Of a stretch of 64,000 nucleotides of DNA, positions 1 to 9,526 are shown piece after piece. Below the pieces are notes generated by a model. The model made no database searches. It was not told where the DNA came from and worked only from the letters and a program-made list of their open reading frames with translations. The stretch is from Candidatus Micrarchaeota archaeon (GTDB taxonomy: Archaea > Micrarchaeota > Micrarchaeia > Anstonellales > Bilamarchaeaceae). How positions within the stretch are numbered: position 1 is the stretch's first letter; the number at the start of each line of letters is the position of its first letter. The stretch is from the NCBI GenBank assembly GCA_014727925.1, contig WJMN01000047.1:41833-105832 (forward strand). Direction: 5' to 3'. Made by a program: the position numbers and the translations under genes.

Positions 1-55
1 ATAGGCTTTTTCAGGGAAGGAAGAATAGAGAACATGATTCCAAAATGCAGGAGAA

Positions 56-2776
56 TCATTCAAGGATGATTGCAGGCTTTCCCGGAGCAGCTGCAGCCGC
101 CTTCTCGTGCTCTGCTCCTCCCTCCCTTCCAATAACCACTTCAGCACCGGTTTCCCTGGAAATAAATGCTTTTGCATCCTCTAGTGCCCCAAGCTCTTCC
201 TCTTCCCCAAGCACAGCCGGAAGCGAGTGGACTTTTTTAAGGAGGGACTTTGCAAATTTTGAGGCTGCCCCCATATCCTCCACCCTGTTTGCCTTTGCCC
301 ATTCAATCCCTGCACGCATATCCTTCTTTTCCCGCATTTCCCTGTATATCTCCCTTTTCCAGGGCGCGGCAGCATAAATGTAGATTCTGGATGCCTTTTT
401 TCCAAATCGCTTTTCTATATTTTCCACATCCCCCAGCACCCCTAAGATGAGTTTCTCTCCCATCTCAACTGCATCATCTATCGCACCATATTCCGGCCCA
501 GGGTATTTCTGCTCAACAGCCAGCCCATCTTTTTCGCATCCTGACCATATCTCTTCGGCAAGGTGGGGCATGAAAGGAGAGAATGCGATGCACCATTTTT
601 CCAGGAATTCTCCGAGCGCCGGCGTTTCGGAGCGTTTTATGTACCACTGCAATTCCTGGACTGTTTCATAGAAAAGCATCTGCCCAAGCTCCCTTATCTG
701 CATTCCTGAATAAAGCAACTGCGCATCCCTTAGCTTTCTGTTCAGGCGGGAGCGGAGCCATTTTCCTGCCCGCGAGCCATCTCCTGCTTTTCTATATTTG
801 CTCAGGGAAAGCATGTATTCGGCCCTCTCCTTTACCCCCTCAGCAATGCTTGTTTCAAAATTTGTGTCCTGGGGAAGGTCCGCTCCTCCCACTACAGAGA
901 ATCTTACCACATCCGCACCATATTTCCTTATCGCTTCCCTGAGGGGGAGAATGTTCCCAAGCGATTTGCTCATCTTCTTGCCCTCCATGAGCACAAACCC
1001 GTTTACGATTATGCTCTTCGGCCATTGGGCCTTTGGGAACACTGCAGCATGGTTGAAAATAAAGAAGGGGAGGTGATTCCTTACCAGGTCTGCCCCGGAA
1101 TGCCTTGCATCAAGCGGATACCAGTACAGGAATATTTTCCGCAGCTTCTCTGCTTCCGGGTGCACATCTTTGTCCCCTTTCCCCAAAAACACATAATCAA
1201 AAAATTCCTCGGTAAGCTCTTCCGGGGACATTCCTGAAAGCTCATGGGCGATGGTGTAAAAAGCCATGTATATTGTTGAATCCGAAAGCGGTTCCACAAT
1301 CTTGCTCTCATCAAAAGGGAAAGGAGTTCCCAACCCAGAAGACCTTGTGCACGCCTTCTTCTTGAGCCAGTCTACTGTGCGGAGATAGTCCTTTCTGGTT
1401 TTTTCAGGTATAAGCGACATTTCGGCCAGGCACTCCTTTGCCTTTATTTTCCATTCCTCATCCCCATAGTTGATGAACCACTGGTTTTCCACCCTCTTTA
1501 CTGCTATCCTTGTTCCGCATCTGCAGACTACCGGTCCGTTTGCAACCACGTAAATTGTAAATGCCTTGTTTTCTGTTGCAAGTTTTTCTGCAACCCTTTC
1601 CTTTGCCTCCAGCACAGGCATCCCTTCAAATTCCCCAATGGTCATCTTCCCTTTGTGCGCCTCTTTCTTGTAAAGTTCCTTGGTAGCAATCTCTGCTTTT
1701 ACATCTCCCTGTCCCTCAACCCCCAGTTTATCAATAATCCCTTTTGCAGGAATCTCTGTAGCACCGGGAAAGGAGAGAAGGGGGATAGGGGGAAGCTCCT
1801 CCAGCTTATCCAGGTCCCGGAGCGCAAGATAATCATAGGGAGCGTGGGCAGGAACGCTCATTACAATCCCTGTCCCTGCCGAAGGGTCAACAAAGGATGC
1901 GGGAAGCACCGGAACCCCCCTTCCAAGCGGAGTCATTGCTTTTTTCCCCGCAAGCACACTTCCATCAATTTCTCCTAGCACTTCGCCTTCCATCTGAAGG
2001 GAAACCGCCTCCCATGCATCTTTACCGAAATAAAGCACCCCTTCCTTTGTTTTTACCCTGACTATTTTTGATTTGGGGCTTACCCACAAATTTGTAACTC
2101 CATAAACTGTTTCCGGGCGGTAGGTGCTCACAACAAGGAATTCCCCTCCCCCGAGCCCGAACTTTACTGCAGTAACCTCTTCGATTTCCGGGTCCACATC
2201 TCCCTTTGTGTCATGTGAGCTCACTACGTTTCCGCAGGAAGGGCACCAGGCAAGCCTGTGGTTTCCCTGCGTAATGTATCCCAGCTCATGCAGCTTCTTC
2301 ATCTGCCACTGGATAAATTTGCTAAAATACCTGTCAAATGTGTAGAATTTTCTTCTCCAGTCTATTGAATATCCCATTTCCTTCATCCCCTCTTCAATCT
2401 CCCCTGAAAAATACATCACAAGCTTTTTCGGGTCTCCCAGTTCCGCAAGCTTTTCTTCCGGAATTCCATAGATGTCCCTGAATATCCTCAGTAATTCCTC
2501 ATCTTTTTCCCTTATTTTTTTTGCCATGGCCAATATTGGAGTCCCTGTTACGTGGAATGCCATGGGCAGGAGCACGTTTTTGCCCTTCAGCCTTGCATAG
2601 CGCGCATGGATATCCAATATGGTATATGTCCTTCCGTGGCCTATGTGCTGAGGGGAATTCGGGTAAGGGAATGCAGCAGTATAGAACTGCTTTTCCCCAC
2701 CTTCATCCTTAGGATTGTAAGCCCCTCCCTTTTCCCACACTCCCTGCCACTTTTTTTCCATCTCCCTAAATTCCAT
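56..2776 (-). CDS. leuS: Leucyl-tRNA synthetase, archaeal/eukaryotic type
   Basis: 906 aa; AAFPYPNSPQHIGH (HIGH), KMSKS, editing-domain GTGIVMSVPAHAPYD, Zn knuckle CPSC. Confidence 0.96.
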   Translation of the reverse strand: MEFREMEKKWQGVWEKGGAYNPKDEGGEKQFYTAAFPYPNSPQHIGHGRTYTILDIHARYARLKGKNVLLPMAFHVTGTPILAMAKKIREKDEELLRIFRDIYGIPEEKLAELGDPKKLVMYFSGEIEEGMKEMGYSIDWRRKFYTFDRYFSKFIQWQMKKLHELGYITQGNHRLAWCPSCGNVVSSHDTKGDVDPEIEEVTAVKFGLGGGEFLVVSTYRPETVYGVTNLWVSPKSKIVRVKTKEGVLYFGKDAWEAVSLQMEGEVLGEIDGSVLAGKKAMTPLGRGVPVLPASFVDPSAGTGIVMSVPAHAPYDYLALRDLDKLEELPPIPLLSFPGATEIPAKGIIDKLGVEGQGDVKAEIATKELYKKEAHKGKMTIGEFEGMPVLEAKERVAEKLATENKAFTIYVVANGPVVCRCGTRIAVKRVENQWFINYGDEEWKIKAKECLAEMSLIPEKTRKDYLRTVDWLKKKACTRSSGLGTPFPFDESKIVEPLSDSTIYMAFYTIAHELSGMSPEELTEEFFDYVFLGKGDKDVHPEAEKLRKIFLYWYPLDARHSGADLVRNHLPFFIFNHAAVFPKAQWPKSIIVNGFVLMEGKKMSKSLGNILPLREAIRKYGADVVRFSVVGGADLPQDTNFETSIAEGVKERAEYMLSLSKYRKAGDGSRAGKWLRSRLNRKLRDAQLLYSGMQIRELGQMLFYETVQELQWYIKRSETPALGEFLEKWCIAFSPFMPHLAEEIWSGCEKDGLAVEQKYPGPEYGAIDDAVEMGEKLILGVLGDVENIEKRFGKKASRIYIYAAAPWKREIYREMREKKDMRAGIEWAKANRVEDMGAASKFAKSLLKKVHSLPAVLGEEEELGALEDAKAFISRETGAEVVIGREGGAEHEKAAAAAPGKPAIILE

Positions 2777-2787
2777 AAGCGTTGCCT

Positions 2788-2830
2788 CTGATTAAGAGTA
2801 AAGTTTATGTAAATACATTTATATTTGTTA
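2788..2830. promoter_or_regulatory. Divergent AT-rich promoter region between leuS and the six-paralog operon
   Basis: AAAGTTTATGTAAATACATTTATATTT with TATA-like boxes between divergent starts. Confidence 0.5.
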
Positions 2831-2848
2831 GTCGCCAGAAGTATCCCC

Positions 2849-4072
2849 ATGAGCGGGCCATCATTACCCATGCAAGTCCTGCCCCTGCTCCAGGCCGGTG
2901 AGGTTTCATGGCTTGGCCAGGAGGTTTCCCAGAATCCCATGGTCACCAGCCTTCTCCCTATTGCCCTCCTCACTGCAGCATTTATCATAACCCTCTATTA
3001 CCTTATTGGAAAAGCCCTGAGCTCCCCCCAGGTGAATGCATTTGCCACAGAAGAGTTCTCCCAGCTTCTGGTTTCTGTTTTCATCGCAGTTGCCTGGTTT
3101 GCGGTTTATGGAGCGCTTGCAGGGGCAACTTCGCTTGCAATATGCTATCCGGATTACTGCGACCATTTTGACATCGCCTTCTACTCTCTTGATATGCTTT
3201 TCTACAAGCTAATTTCCACCTACATTGGCTACACCACAATAGAGATATTTGTGGGTCTTGTTTCAAGCCTCGGGTTCAGCGTTCCTCTTAAGTCCCCGGT
3301 GCTTGCAGTAAAATTCCTCAGTTTTTCACCTTACTCTGGGATGGGGATGCTTAGCAATTCAATAGTAGGGATACTAGAAAGCCTGGGGATGTTCATCGGG
3401 CTTGTTGTCGGGAGGAAGCAGCTCCTCACCTTTTTCTATGAGATAACCCCGATGTTCCTACTCCCGTTCGGGCTTTTCCTTCGCTCCCTCCCGTTTACCA
3501 GAAAAACAGGCTCCAGCATAATTGCAATAGCTTTTGCAGGATTTTTCATCTTTCCTGCTTCAATAATCCTTTCCCACTATATGATGTTCGGGACAAGCGG
3601 CCACCTCGCCTACATCCCCATGGCCCCCACTCCCACTGGGCTCTGCACGGCCCCGGAAAACCCAGAGGATGAGGCAGCTGCCCTAGCTTACCTAAACCAG
3701 TCAAACACAGAGGTGAGGGAACACCTTGCGGAAGACTTAAGCGCCTCTGCCTCGTATGAAGGCAACTGGTACCAGTTTTCCGGGCTGGCCAATGCCATAT
3801 ATTCCTGGATTGCAGAGGCCCTTGATGAGTCGTGGGGCGTTGTTTCGGAGAAATTTTCATTTTATTCCCTCTTTGACCTGCTCAAGCCCACAACATTCGC
3901 TTATTTCTTTTATTTCCTGATACTAGAGCACCTCCAGGCATTTGCACAGGTTGCAGTAATGACCATAGTCACTTTCGTGATTGAGATAATAATTACGGTT
4001 ACCGGGTACCGCGCAATAGCAGCGGCGCTTGGCGGGGAACTGGAAATTCTCGGCCTCACAAAGGTGGTGTGA
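2849..4072 (+). CDS. Polytopic membrane protein, paralog 1 of 6 (putative CedA/VirB6-like)
   Basis: Multiple TM helices; LPFGLFLRSLPFTRKTGSSIIAIAFAGFFIFP core; C-terminus LGGELEILGLTKVV; start uncertain (2825 TTG, 2849 ATG). Confidence 0.8.
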   Translation: MSGPSLPMQVLPLLQAGEVSWLGQEVSQNPMVTSLLPIALLTAAFIITLYYLIGKALSSPQVNAFATEEFSQLLVSVFIAVAWFAVYGALAGATSLAICYPDYCDHFDIAFYSLDMLFYKLISTYIGYTTIEIFVGLVSSLGFSVPLKSPVLAVKFLSFSPYSGMGMLSNSIVGILESLGMFIGLVVGRKQLLTFFYEITPMFLLPFGLFLRSLPFTRKTGSSIIAIAFAGFFIFPASIILSHYMMFGTSGHLAYIPMAPTPTGLCTAPENPEDEAAALAYLNQSNTEVREHLAEDLSASASYEGNWYQFSGLANAIYSWIAEALDESWGVVSEKFSFYSLFDLLKPTTFAYFFYFLILEHLQAFAQVAVMTIVTFVIEIIITVTGYRAIAAALGGELEILGLTKVV

Positions 4073-5037
4073 TGCCCCTCCTGGAAACATACCTCCCGAT
4101 AGTCGGAATAACTGTGCTTGCAGTTGTTGCATATATCTCAATAATAACTATTGCTGCATTTGCCCTGAGGCGCCCCCAGCTTGCTGCGTATGCAAGGATA
4201 GAGTCCTACCAGCTATTTCTCTCGTTCCTCATACTTGTTGCCGCATTTGCAGCCATGGAATTCTCCAACCTGATTTCTACTATGATTTCCCAGGCACCCC
4301 CAGGGGAAACAGCAATAGACATTTCAGTGGATTTTCTAGAAAAGGTAATCCATGAAGGTATCCTGCCTATTTACCTAAAGCTCGTGAGGATGGAAGTCCT
4401 GCTCACCTACTTCAATGCAGTTGAGTACAGGATGGGTCCTGGAGTATGGAACTGGATAACCAAAGCAGTTCCCGGTCTTGACCCAATAATTTCCCTGGTG
4501 CGGATGCTTGTTTTCACATTTACTGCCCTATATGGAACTCTCAGCGTCCAGATAATAATATTCCACCTAATTGATGCGATTATGTACTTTTATGTGCTGC
4601 CCGCAGGAGTAATATTGCGGTTTTTCCCGCCCACGCGGGACGCAGGGGTCTATCTGATAGTGCTGGCCATAGCTTTCCAGGCATTTTTTCCCATGTTTTA
4701 TGCAATAAACTATGCTGCACTGGATGACATGTGGGAGATGCACGGGTGGGCGGACCCGGACAGCACCGGAACTTACGATAGTTATACTCCGGATATTGAA
4801 GACACCAATTATTTTGAAAGCGTCAACTCGGCACTGGGCACTGCGACAAGCATGGCAGATACTTATTTCAATTGGGCACTTCCTGTGTTCCAGCCCTTCG
4901 CTTTCTCAGTGCTGGTTCCATTCCTTGACCGTATTGCCCAAATTTCCCTGGTCGGGCTGTTTCTCCCGGCCCTTTCAATGAGCATTACAATAGCCTTAAT
5001 TAATGCGGTGACCAAGTTCATCACCGGGAAGGGATAG
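4072..5037 (+). CDS. Polytopic membrane protein, paralog 2 of 6
   Basis: TGATG overlap with paralog 1; core LPAGVILRFFPPTRDAGVYLIVLAIAFQAFFP. Confidence 0.8.
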   Translation: MPLLETYLPIVGITVLAVVAYISIITIAAFALRRPQLAAYARIESYQLFLSFLILVAAFAAMEFSNLISTMISQAPPGETAIDISVDFLEKVIHEGILPIYLKLVRMEVLLTYFNAVEYRMGPGVWNWITKAVPGLDPIISLVRMLVFTFTALYGTLSVQIIIFHLIDAIMYFYVLPAGVILRFFPPTRDAGVYLIVLAIAFQAFFPMFYAINYAALDDMWEMHGWADPDSTGTYDSYTPDIEDTNYFESVNSALGTATSMADTYFNWALPVFQPFAFSVLVPFLDRIAQISLVGLFLPALSMSITIALINAVTKFITGKG

Positions 5038-5038
5038 G

Positions 5039-6301
5039 ATGGTTCTGGAATTGTGGGCGCAATGGGGCGGACTTGCCGGGGTAGGGATAATGCTGGCAGT
5101 TGCATTTGCGGTGCTTGTTTACCTTCTCGGAAGCTTTCTGAACAACGACAGAATGAGGGCCTTTGGGCGGCTTGAGGTTGTAGAAGCTTTCTATTCTGCC
5201 ATACTCCTGATATTAATTTTCTGGATTCTTGCAACAGCAACCGGTGCAGCAGAAACCCTCATAGTGGGCGCCTACCCCGGAGAGATAGGGGCAGCAGTGT
5301 GCGGCTCCCAATACGATGCATACTTCAATGATTATGACGGTGCCTTCCCCTGCCACATGCGCACTGCCCGCTTCTACCTTGACCAGCTATATGCAGAGGG
5401 CAAGGTATTCAATTATGAGCTTCTTTCAATCCACATGTGGTATTCTTTTATGCAGAACATCGGGGTTTCTGCGGATTTCCACGCGCACAGCACCGGCTCT
5501 GCAAATTATTCTCCCCTCGGTTCTATTTTCAGTCTGCCCTCATCCATCTATTCCTACATGTTTGAGATAGGGATGAAGTCCATGATAGTGATACGTTTCC
5601 AGCAGTTCCTGCTGAATTTCATAAACTATTCACTTTTCCCCGTTCTCCTGGTGCTCGGACTTCTTCTGCGCACTTTCCCTTTCAGCCGACGCCTGGGGGG
5701 CCTGCTCATGGCAATGGCAATTTCCCTTTATTTTATTTATCCAATGTTCTATGTGCTAGGAGGCGTAATCTTTGACAATATTGCGATGAAGAGTGCATAT
5801 TATTCCGGGGGCCCCACGGTGGATGAAAACGGAAACATAAAGCGCCCCTCAGTAATCACGTCCCTTGAATTTGACCCTGAGGAGTTTTACGGCAAGGTGG
5901 GCATTACAGATGAAGATGCAGACCTCCTGCCCTCAGGAGACGAAGTGCCGGGCAACAACCAGGACGATGTCAACCTAGACTACCTTGACCAGCTTTATCC
6001 TGAAGAAATGGAGATGTGCAGGAGTTCGGATCTTGGTGTTGTGGACGGGATTTCCATGATATGGGACTGGGCAAAATTGTTCCTTTACGAGGTTGATTTT
6101 ACCGGGCTGATAATCTCAAATGAGAGTTACATAGATTCCCTAATATCCCCCGGTGGGGTGATAGATGCAACCGCCCGCTTTGTATTCTTTTCAATGTTTT
6201 TTGCCCTGCTTTCAATATTTTCCACAGTAGCTGCGATAAGGAGCCTTTCTCCGCTCCTTGGAGGAGACATAGAACTCGCCGGGCTTACCCATCTGCTATG
6301 A
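5039..6301 (+). CDS. Polytopic membrane protein, paralog 3 of 6
   Basis: Core LVLGLLLRTFPFSRRLGGLLMAMAISLYFIYP; acidic external loop; C-terminus LGGDIELAGLTHLL. Confidence 0.8.
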   Translation: MVLELWAQWGGLAGVGIMLAVAFAVLVYLLGSFLNNDRMRAFGRLEVVEAFYSAILLILIFWILATATGAAETLIVGAYPGEIGAAVCGSQYDAYFNDYDGAFPCHMRTARFYLDQLYAEGKVFNYELLSIHMWYSFMQNIGVSADFHAHSTGSANYSPLGSIFSLPSSIYSYMFEIGMKSMIVIRFQQFLLNFINYSLFPVLLVLGLLLRTFPFSRRLGGLLMAMAISLYFIYPMFYVLGGVIFDNIAMKSAYYSGGPTVDENGNIKRPSVITSLEFDPEEFYGKVGITDEDADLLPSGDEVPGNNQDDVNLDYLDQLYPEEMEMCRSSDLGVVDGISMIWDWAKLFLYEVDFTGLIISNESYIDSLISPGGVIDATARFVFFSMFFALLSIFSTVAAIRSLSPLLGGDIELAGLTHLL

Positions 6302-6311
6302 GGTTCCAAAA

Positions 6312-7433
6312 ATGAAGACAAAAGTTTTGTTCCTGGTGCTGCTGTTCCTGTCTGCAGGGTTTGCCCAGGCTGGGGACCAGGCTTTGCAGGAGGCCGAACA
6401 GGATGCAATGGAAACTGCCAGCGAACTTCTTCAGGAGATAGGGATAACCAAGGATACCTGTGCCCCGGAAGAAGGCCCGCTTGACCTGGCCATCCCATCA
6501 GCAATAGCCCTGCTTGTTATCGGGACCGGCCTGGCAATATTCTACATGGCCGCTAGTTTTTTCAATTCCCCGCAGATGATTGCCATGGCAAAGCAGGAGG
6601 GCTTTGAGTTTATCCATACCCTGATAATTGTCGTTTTGTTCCTGAGCTTCATTTCCTTTGCCCAGGGTCTGCTGGGCGTTCACGGAGTTGGCCCCCTTGA
6701 TGTATATTCAAAAGCAATGGAATACTGCGTGGTCATGGTGCAGAAGATAACCGGGGACATGTTCTGGCTGGGCTTTTTCAACAACATTGTTTACCTTGTT
6801 TACAGCTCTCCACTTAGAATAGGCATCCTGCACCAGGCGGTCCACTTCAACCTGGGCGGAATACTCAAGCCCATGGTGGACGGGCTGGGCACCATGGCTT
6901 CCCTTCTTTCATTTGCAATGGGAGAGTGGATTGTACAGCTGATTCTGCTATGCCTCATAAAGAAGCACATGCTCACTGTCTTCCTCCCGCTTGGAATCCT
7001 GCTTAAGACCTTTCCCCAGACCAGGGGAGGGGGAAATGCCATAATCGCCATTGCAATAGCCCTTTCCTTGATCTATCCAATGATGATTCTGATGAATTAC
7101 CAGGCATACCAGTACCGTTATGGACAGATGGATGCAATAAGCGGGATAGGCGAAATCCTAAGCGACTGGACAATTTCCGGCGGAACACTTGCCACGGCTG
7201 CAGTGAGCCTTTTCCTGCTAAAGGGCCTGCTCAAGACTCTGCCCGGCATAGTGCTCCTAAGCTGGCTGGTGACGGTTTTCTTTGACCTTTATGCGGACGT
7301 GATTTACACGGTTTTTGTGCTGAGCATTTTCCTTCCCCTCCTCAACATTTTTGTCACATTCACTTTTGCGAGGGAGATAGCAAAATACTTCGGCACGGAA
7401 ATAAATATCTCAGCTTTCACTAAGCTGATATGA
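6312..7433 (+). CDS. Polytopic membrane protein, paralog 4 of 6, with extra N-terminal signal peptide
   Basis: MKTKVLFLVLLFLSAGFAQA signal; core LPLGILLKTFPQTRGGGNAIIAIAIALSLIYP; C-terminus FGTEINISAFTKLI. Confidence 0.8.
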   Translation: MKTKVLFLVLLFLSAGFAQAGDQALQEAEQDAMETASELLQEIGITKDTCAPEEGPLDLAIPSAIALLVIGTGLAIFYMAASFFNSPQMIAMAKQEGFEFIHTLIIVVLFLSFISFAQGLLGVHGVGPLDVYSKAMEYCVVMVQKITGDMFWLGFFNNIVYLVYSSPLRIGILHQAVHFNLGGILKPMVDGLGTMASLLSFAMGEWIVQLILLCLIKKHMLTVFLPLGILLKTFPQTRGGGNAIIAIAIALSLIYPMMILMNYQAYQYRYGQMDAISGIGEILSDWTISGGTLATAAVSLFLLKGLLKTLPGIVLLSWLVTVFFDLYADVIYTVFVLSIFLPLLNIFVTFTFAREIAKYFGTEINISAFTKLI

Positions 7434-7442
7434 GGTGGAACA

Positions 7443-8483
7443 ATGCCATATGAGATGCTTGCGACACAGGCCTGTTCTCCGGAGAACATGCTGATTCCGG
7501 ACTGGCAGGCCCTGGCAGTTGTTGCAATGGCAGCATCCGCAGCCCTCCTCGGCCTCCTTTATGCAATAAACCGGTTTTTTGGAAACGAAGCAGGAGAAGC
7601 AGCAGTCAAGCTGGAGCTTTTTGAGCTTTTTACAACAGTATTCATAGTTATCGTGGTATTTGCGTTGCTTAATTCTGCATGCGGGTATGATGCTAGCGGC
7701 CTGGTAATCGCCCCAAGCAATTTTGAGGCAGGCACAAATATTTTTGACGGGGCGGCCCAGGTTCTTGATGAATTTTCAACAAAGCTGGTGATAATCGCAT
7801 CTCTTCTCCATACAATCTATATTCCTCTTGATTTTACCACTTCCACCACTCTTACCCAACATCCCCTTGGCATGGGAACTGCCTTCCAGCCCACTGGAGG
7901 CTTTGGGGCTGTCATGAAGCCCCCACTTGTGCAGTCTTTCCAGATGGTTGCAGTTGCATTTGTAATTATACGCGCACAGCTTCTTGTGCTTGATTTTGTC
8001 ACTTTTGCCTTTCTCAAATATTACCTCCCCATAGGGATAATCCTGCGTTCCTTTACCCCTACCCGCAGGATAGGTGGAACAATAATAGGGCTCACAATAG
8101 GCATGGTAATCATCTACCCTCTTTTGATAATACTAAATGGGTTCATGCTTGACGGGCTGGACATAATGGATGTAACCAATCTTCCCGAATACTTCGGGGA
8201 GCTGCTTTCTGCTGCTCTTGAGCCTCTTAGGAATTCAACAAAGGTTCTCTCCCTTTATGAGCCCCTCTCAATACTTCAATTCGGAAAGCTGGCAATAACC
8301 AGCTTTTTTGGGGCACTACTTTCTGTATACTATGGACTGTTAATGCGCACTGCGGCAGTGGCTTTTCTTGTGGGGCTTTTTTTCCCCGCTTTCAATACTC
8401 TTTTACTTGTTACCATGATAAGATACCTCACAAAAACACTCGGTGAAGAGATGGATGTCACCAACCTCACGAGGCTGATATAA
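7443..8483 (+). CDS. Polytopic membrane protein, paralog 5 of 6
   Basis: RBS GAGGTGG; core LPIGIILRSFTPTRRIGGTIIGLTIGMVIIYP; C-terminus LGEEMDVTNLTRLI. Confidence 0.8.
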   Translation: MPYEMLATQACSPENMLIPDWQALAVVAMAASAALLGLLYAINRFFGNEAGEAAVKLELFELFTTVFIVIVVFALLNSACGYDASGLVIAPSNFEAGTNIFDGAAQVLDEFSTKLVIIASLLHTIYIPLDFTTSTTLTQHPLGMGTAFQPTGGFGAVMKPPLVQSFQMVAVAFVIIRAQLLVLDFVTFAFLKYYLPIGIILRSFTPTRRIGGTIIGLTIGMVIIYPLLIILNGFMLDGLDIMDVTNLPEYFGELLSAALEPLRNSTKVLSLYEPLSILQFGKLAITSFFGALLSVYYGLLMRTAAVAFLVGLFFPAFNTLLLVTMIRYLTKTLGEEMDVTNLTRLI

Positions 8484-9526
8484 TGGACGGCTGGATAATG
8501 ATATCTGCGGTCGCGGTTATAATCTCTGCCCTGCTTGCAGCTATCATGATAATGGCCTCCCGCCTCATGCAGCTCCCTGACCTTGAGCAGTGGGCAAAGT
8601 CCGAGCTGGTCTTCTCGCTTTCCACAGTATTTGTGCTCCTTTTCCTAATCTCCATAATTGAGTTTGCCGAGCCCCTCCTAGTAGACATCATAAGGGAGAT
8701 GACTGAATTCAACTTCGGGCAGCAGAGCGGCCAGATACCTGTGCTTCCCCCAGGGGAAGAGGCCACACTCATGGATTACGCCCTTGCGTATATGCATTCT
8801 GTTTTTTCCTGCATAAAATCTCTTTTCAAGTTCCTGCTCAAGCTGAATTTTCCCCTGGAACTGGCCGCCTCATTCAGCGTGGATGTTTTCATGTTTGATG
8901 CGGTGGGAGGCTGGGTTTACAAGGGCCCGGTCCAGACAATTAAGAACATGGCCAATTACATAACATTCACCCTGTTCATCTATTACTTGTTCATACACAT
9001 AATGCGTTTCCTGGAGGCAACTGCACTCACAATATTCATTCCGCTGGGGATAATTCTCAGGCAGTTTCCCCCCACCCGGGGCTCGGGTGCATTCATAATC
9101 TCATTTGCAATCGGGTTTTATATAGTGTTCCCGCTTGCTTACCTCCTCGTGGTCAATGTGGTGCCGCAAACGTTTGCCTGTCCGGTACTTCCGGAGTTTG
9201 AGCATCTAGATGGCCTTACGGCATATGGAATGGGCGACTCCCATACTGCTTCGGACATGCTTCTCTGGTCCGATGCCCACCAGAGCGGAGTCTGGAATAC
9301 CCTGAGCGGAATAGGCGGGTATCTTGCAGGTTTCGATCTTGATTCTTTTGATGTAATCCCGGATGCGGTTGAGTTTACTGCAGGAAGGGTTGCAGGGTTT
9401 TCCATAAACCTTTGCTGCCTCCCCTTTCTTGCAATGATAATAACAATGAGCTTCATCCTCTCCAGCACGAATCTTTTCGGAGCTAATCTTCCTGAGATAG
9501 GAAGGGGATTCATCAAGCTAATCTGA
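8483..9526 (+). CDS. Polytopic membrane protein, paralog 6 of 6
   Basis: TAATG overlap; core IPLGIILRQFPPTRGSGAFIISFAIGFYIVFP; C-terminus FGANLPEIGRGFIKLI. Confidence 0.8.
   Translation: MDGWIMISAVAVIISALLAAIMIMASRLMQLPDLEQWAKSELVFSLSTVFVLLFLISIIEFAEPLLVDIIREMTEFNFGQQSGQIPVLPPGEEATLMDYALAYMHSVFSCIKSLFKFLLKLNFPLELAASFSVDVFMFDAVGGWVYKGPVQTIKNMANYITFTLFIYYLFIHIMRFLEATALTIFIPLGIILRQFPPTRGSGAFIISFAIGFYIVFPLAYLLVVNVVPQTFACPVLPEFEHLDGLTAYGMGDSHTASDMLLWSDAHQSGVWNTLSGIGGYLAGFDLDSFDVIPDAVEFTAGRVAGFSINLCCLPFLAMIITMSFILSSTNLFGANLPEIGRGFIKLI

Noticed and set aside
2849-9526. Integrated conjugative element or provirus
   Set aside because: No integrase, relaxase, VirB4, att repeats or flanking tRNA; the operon is embedded among housekeeping genes.
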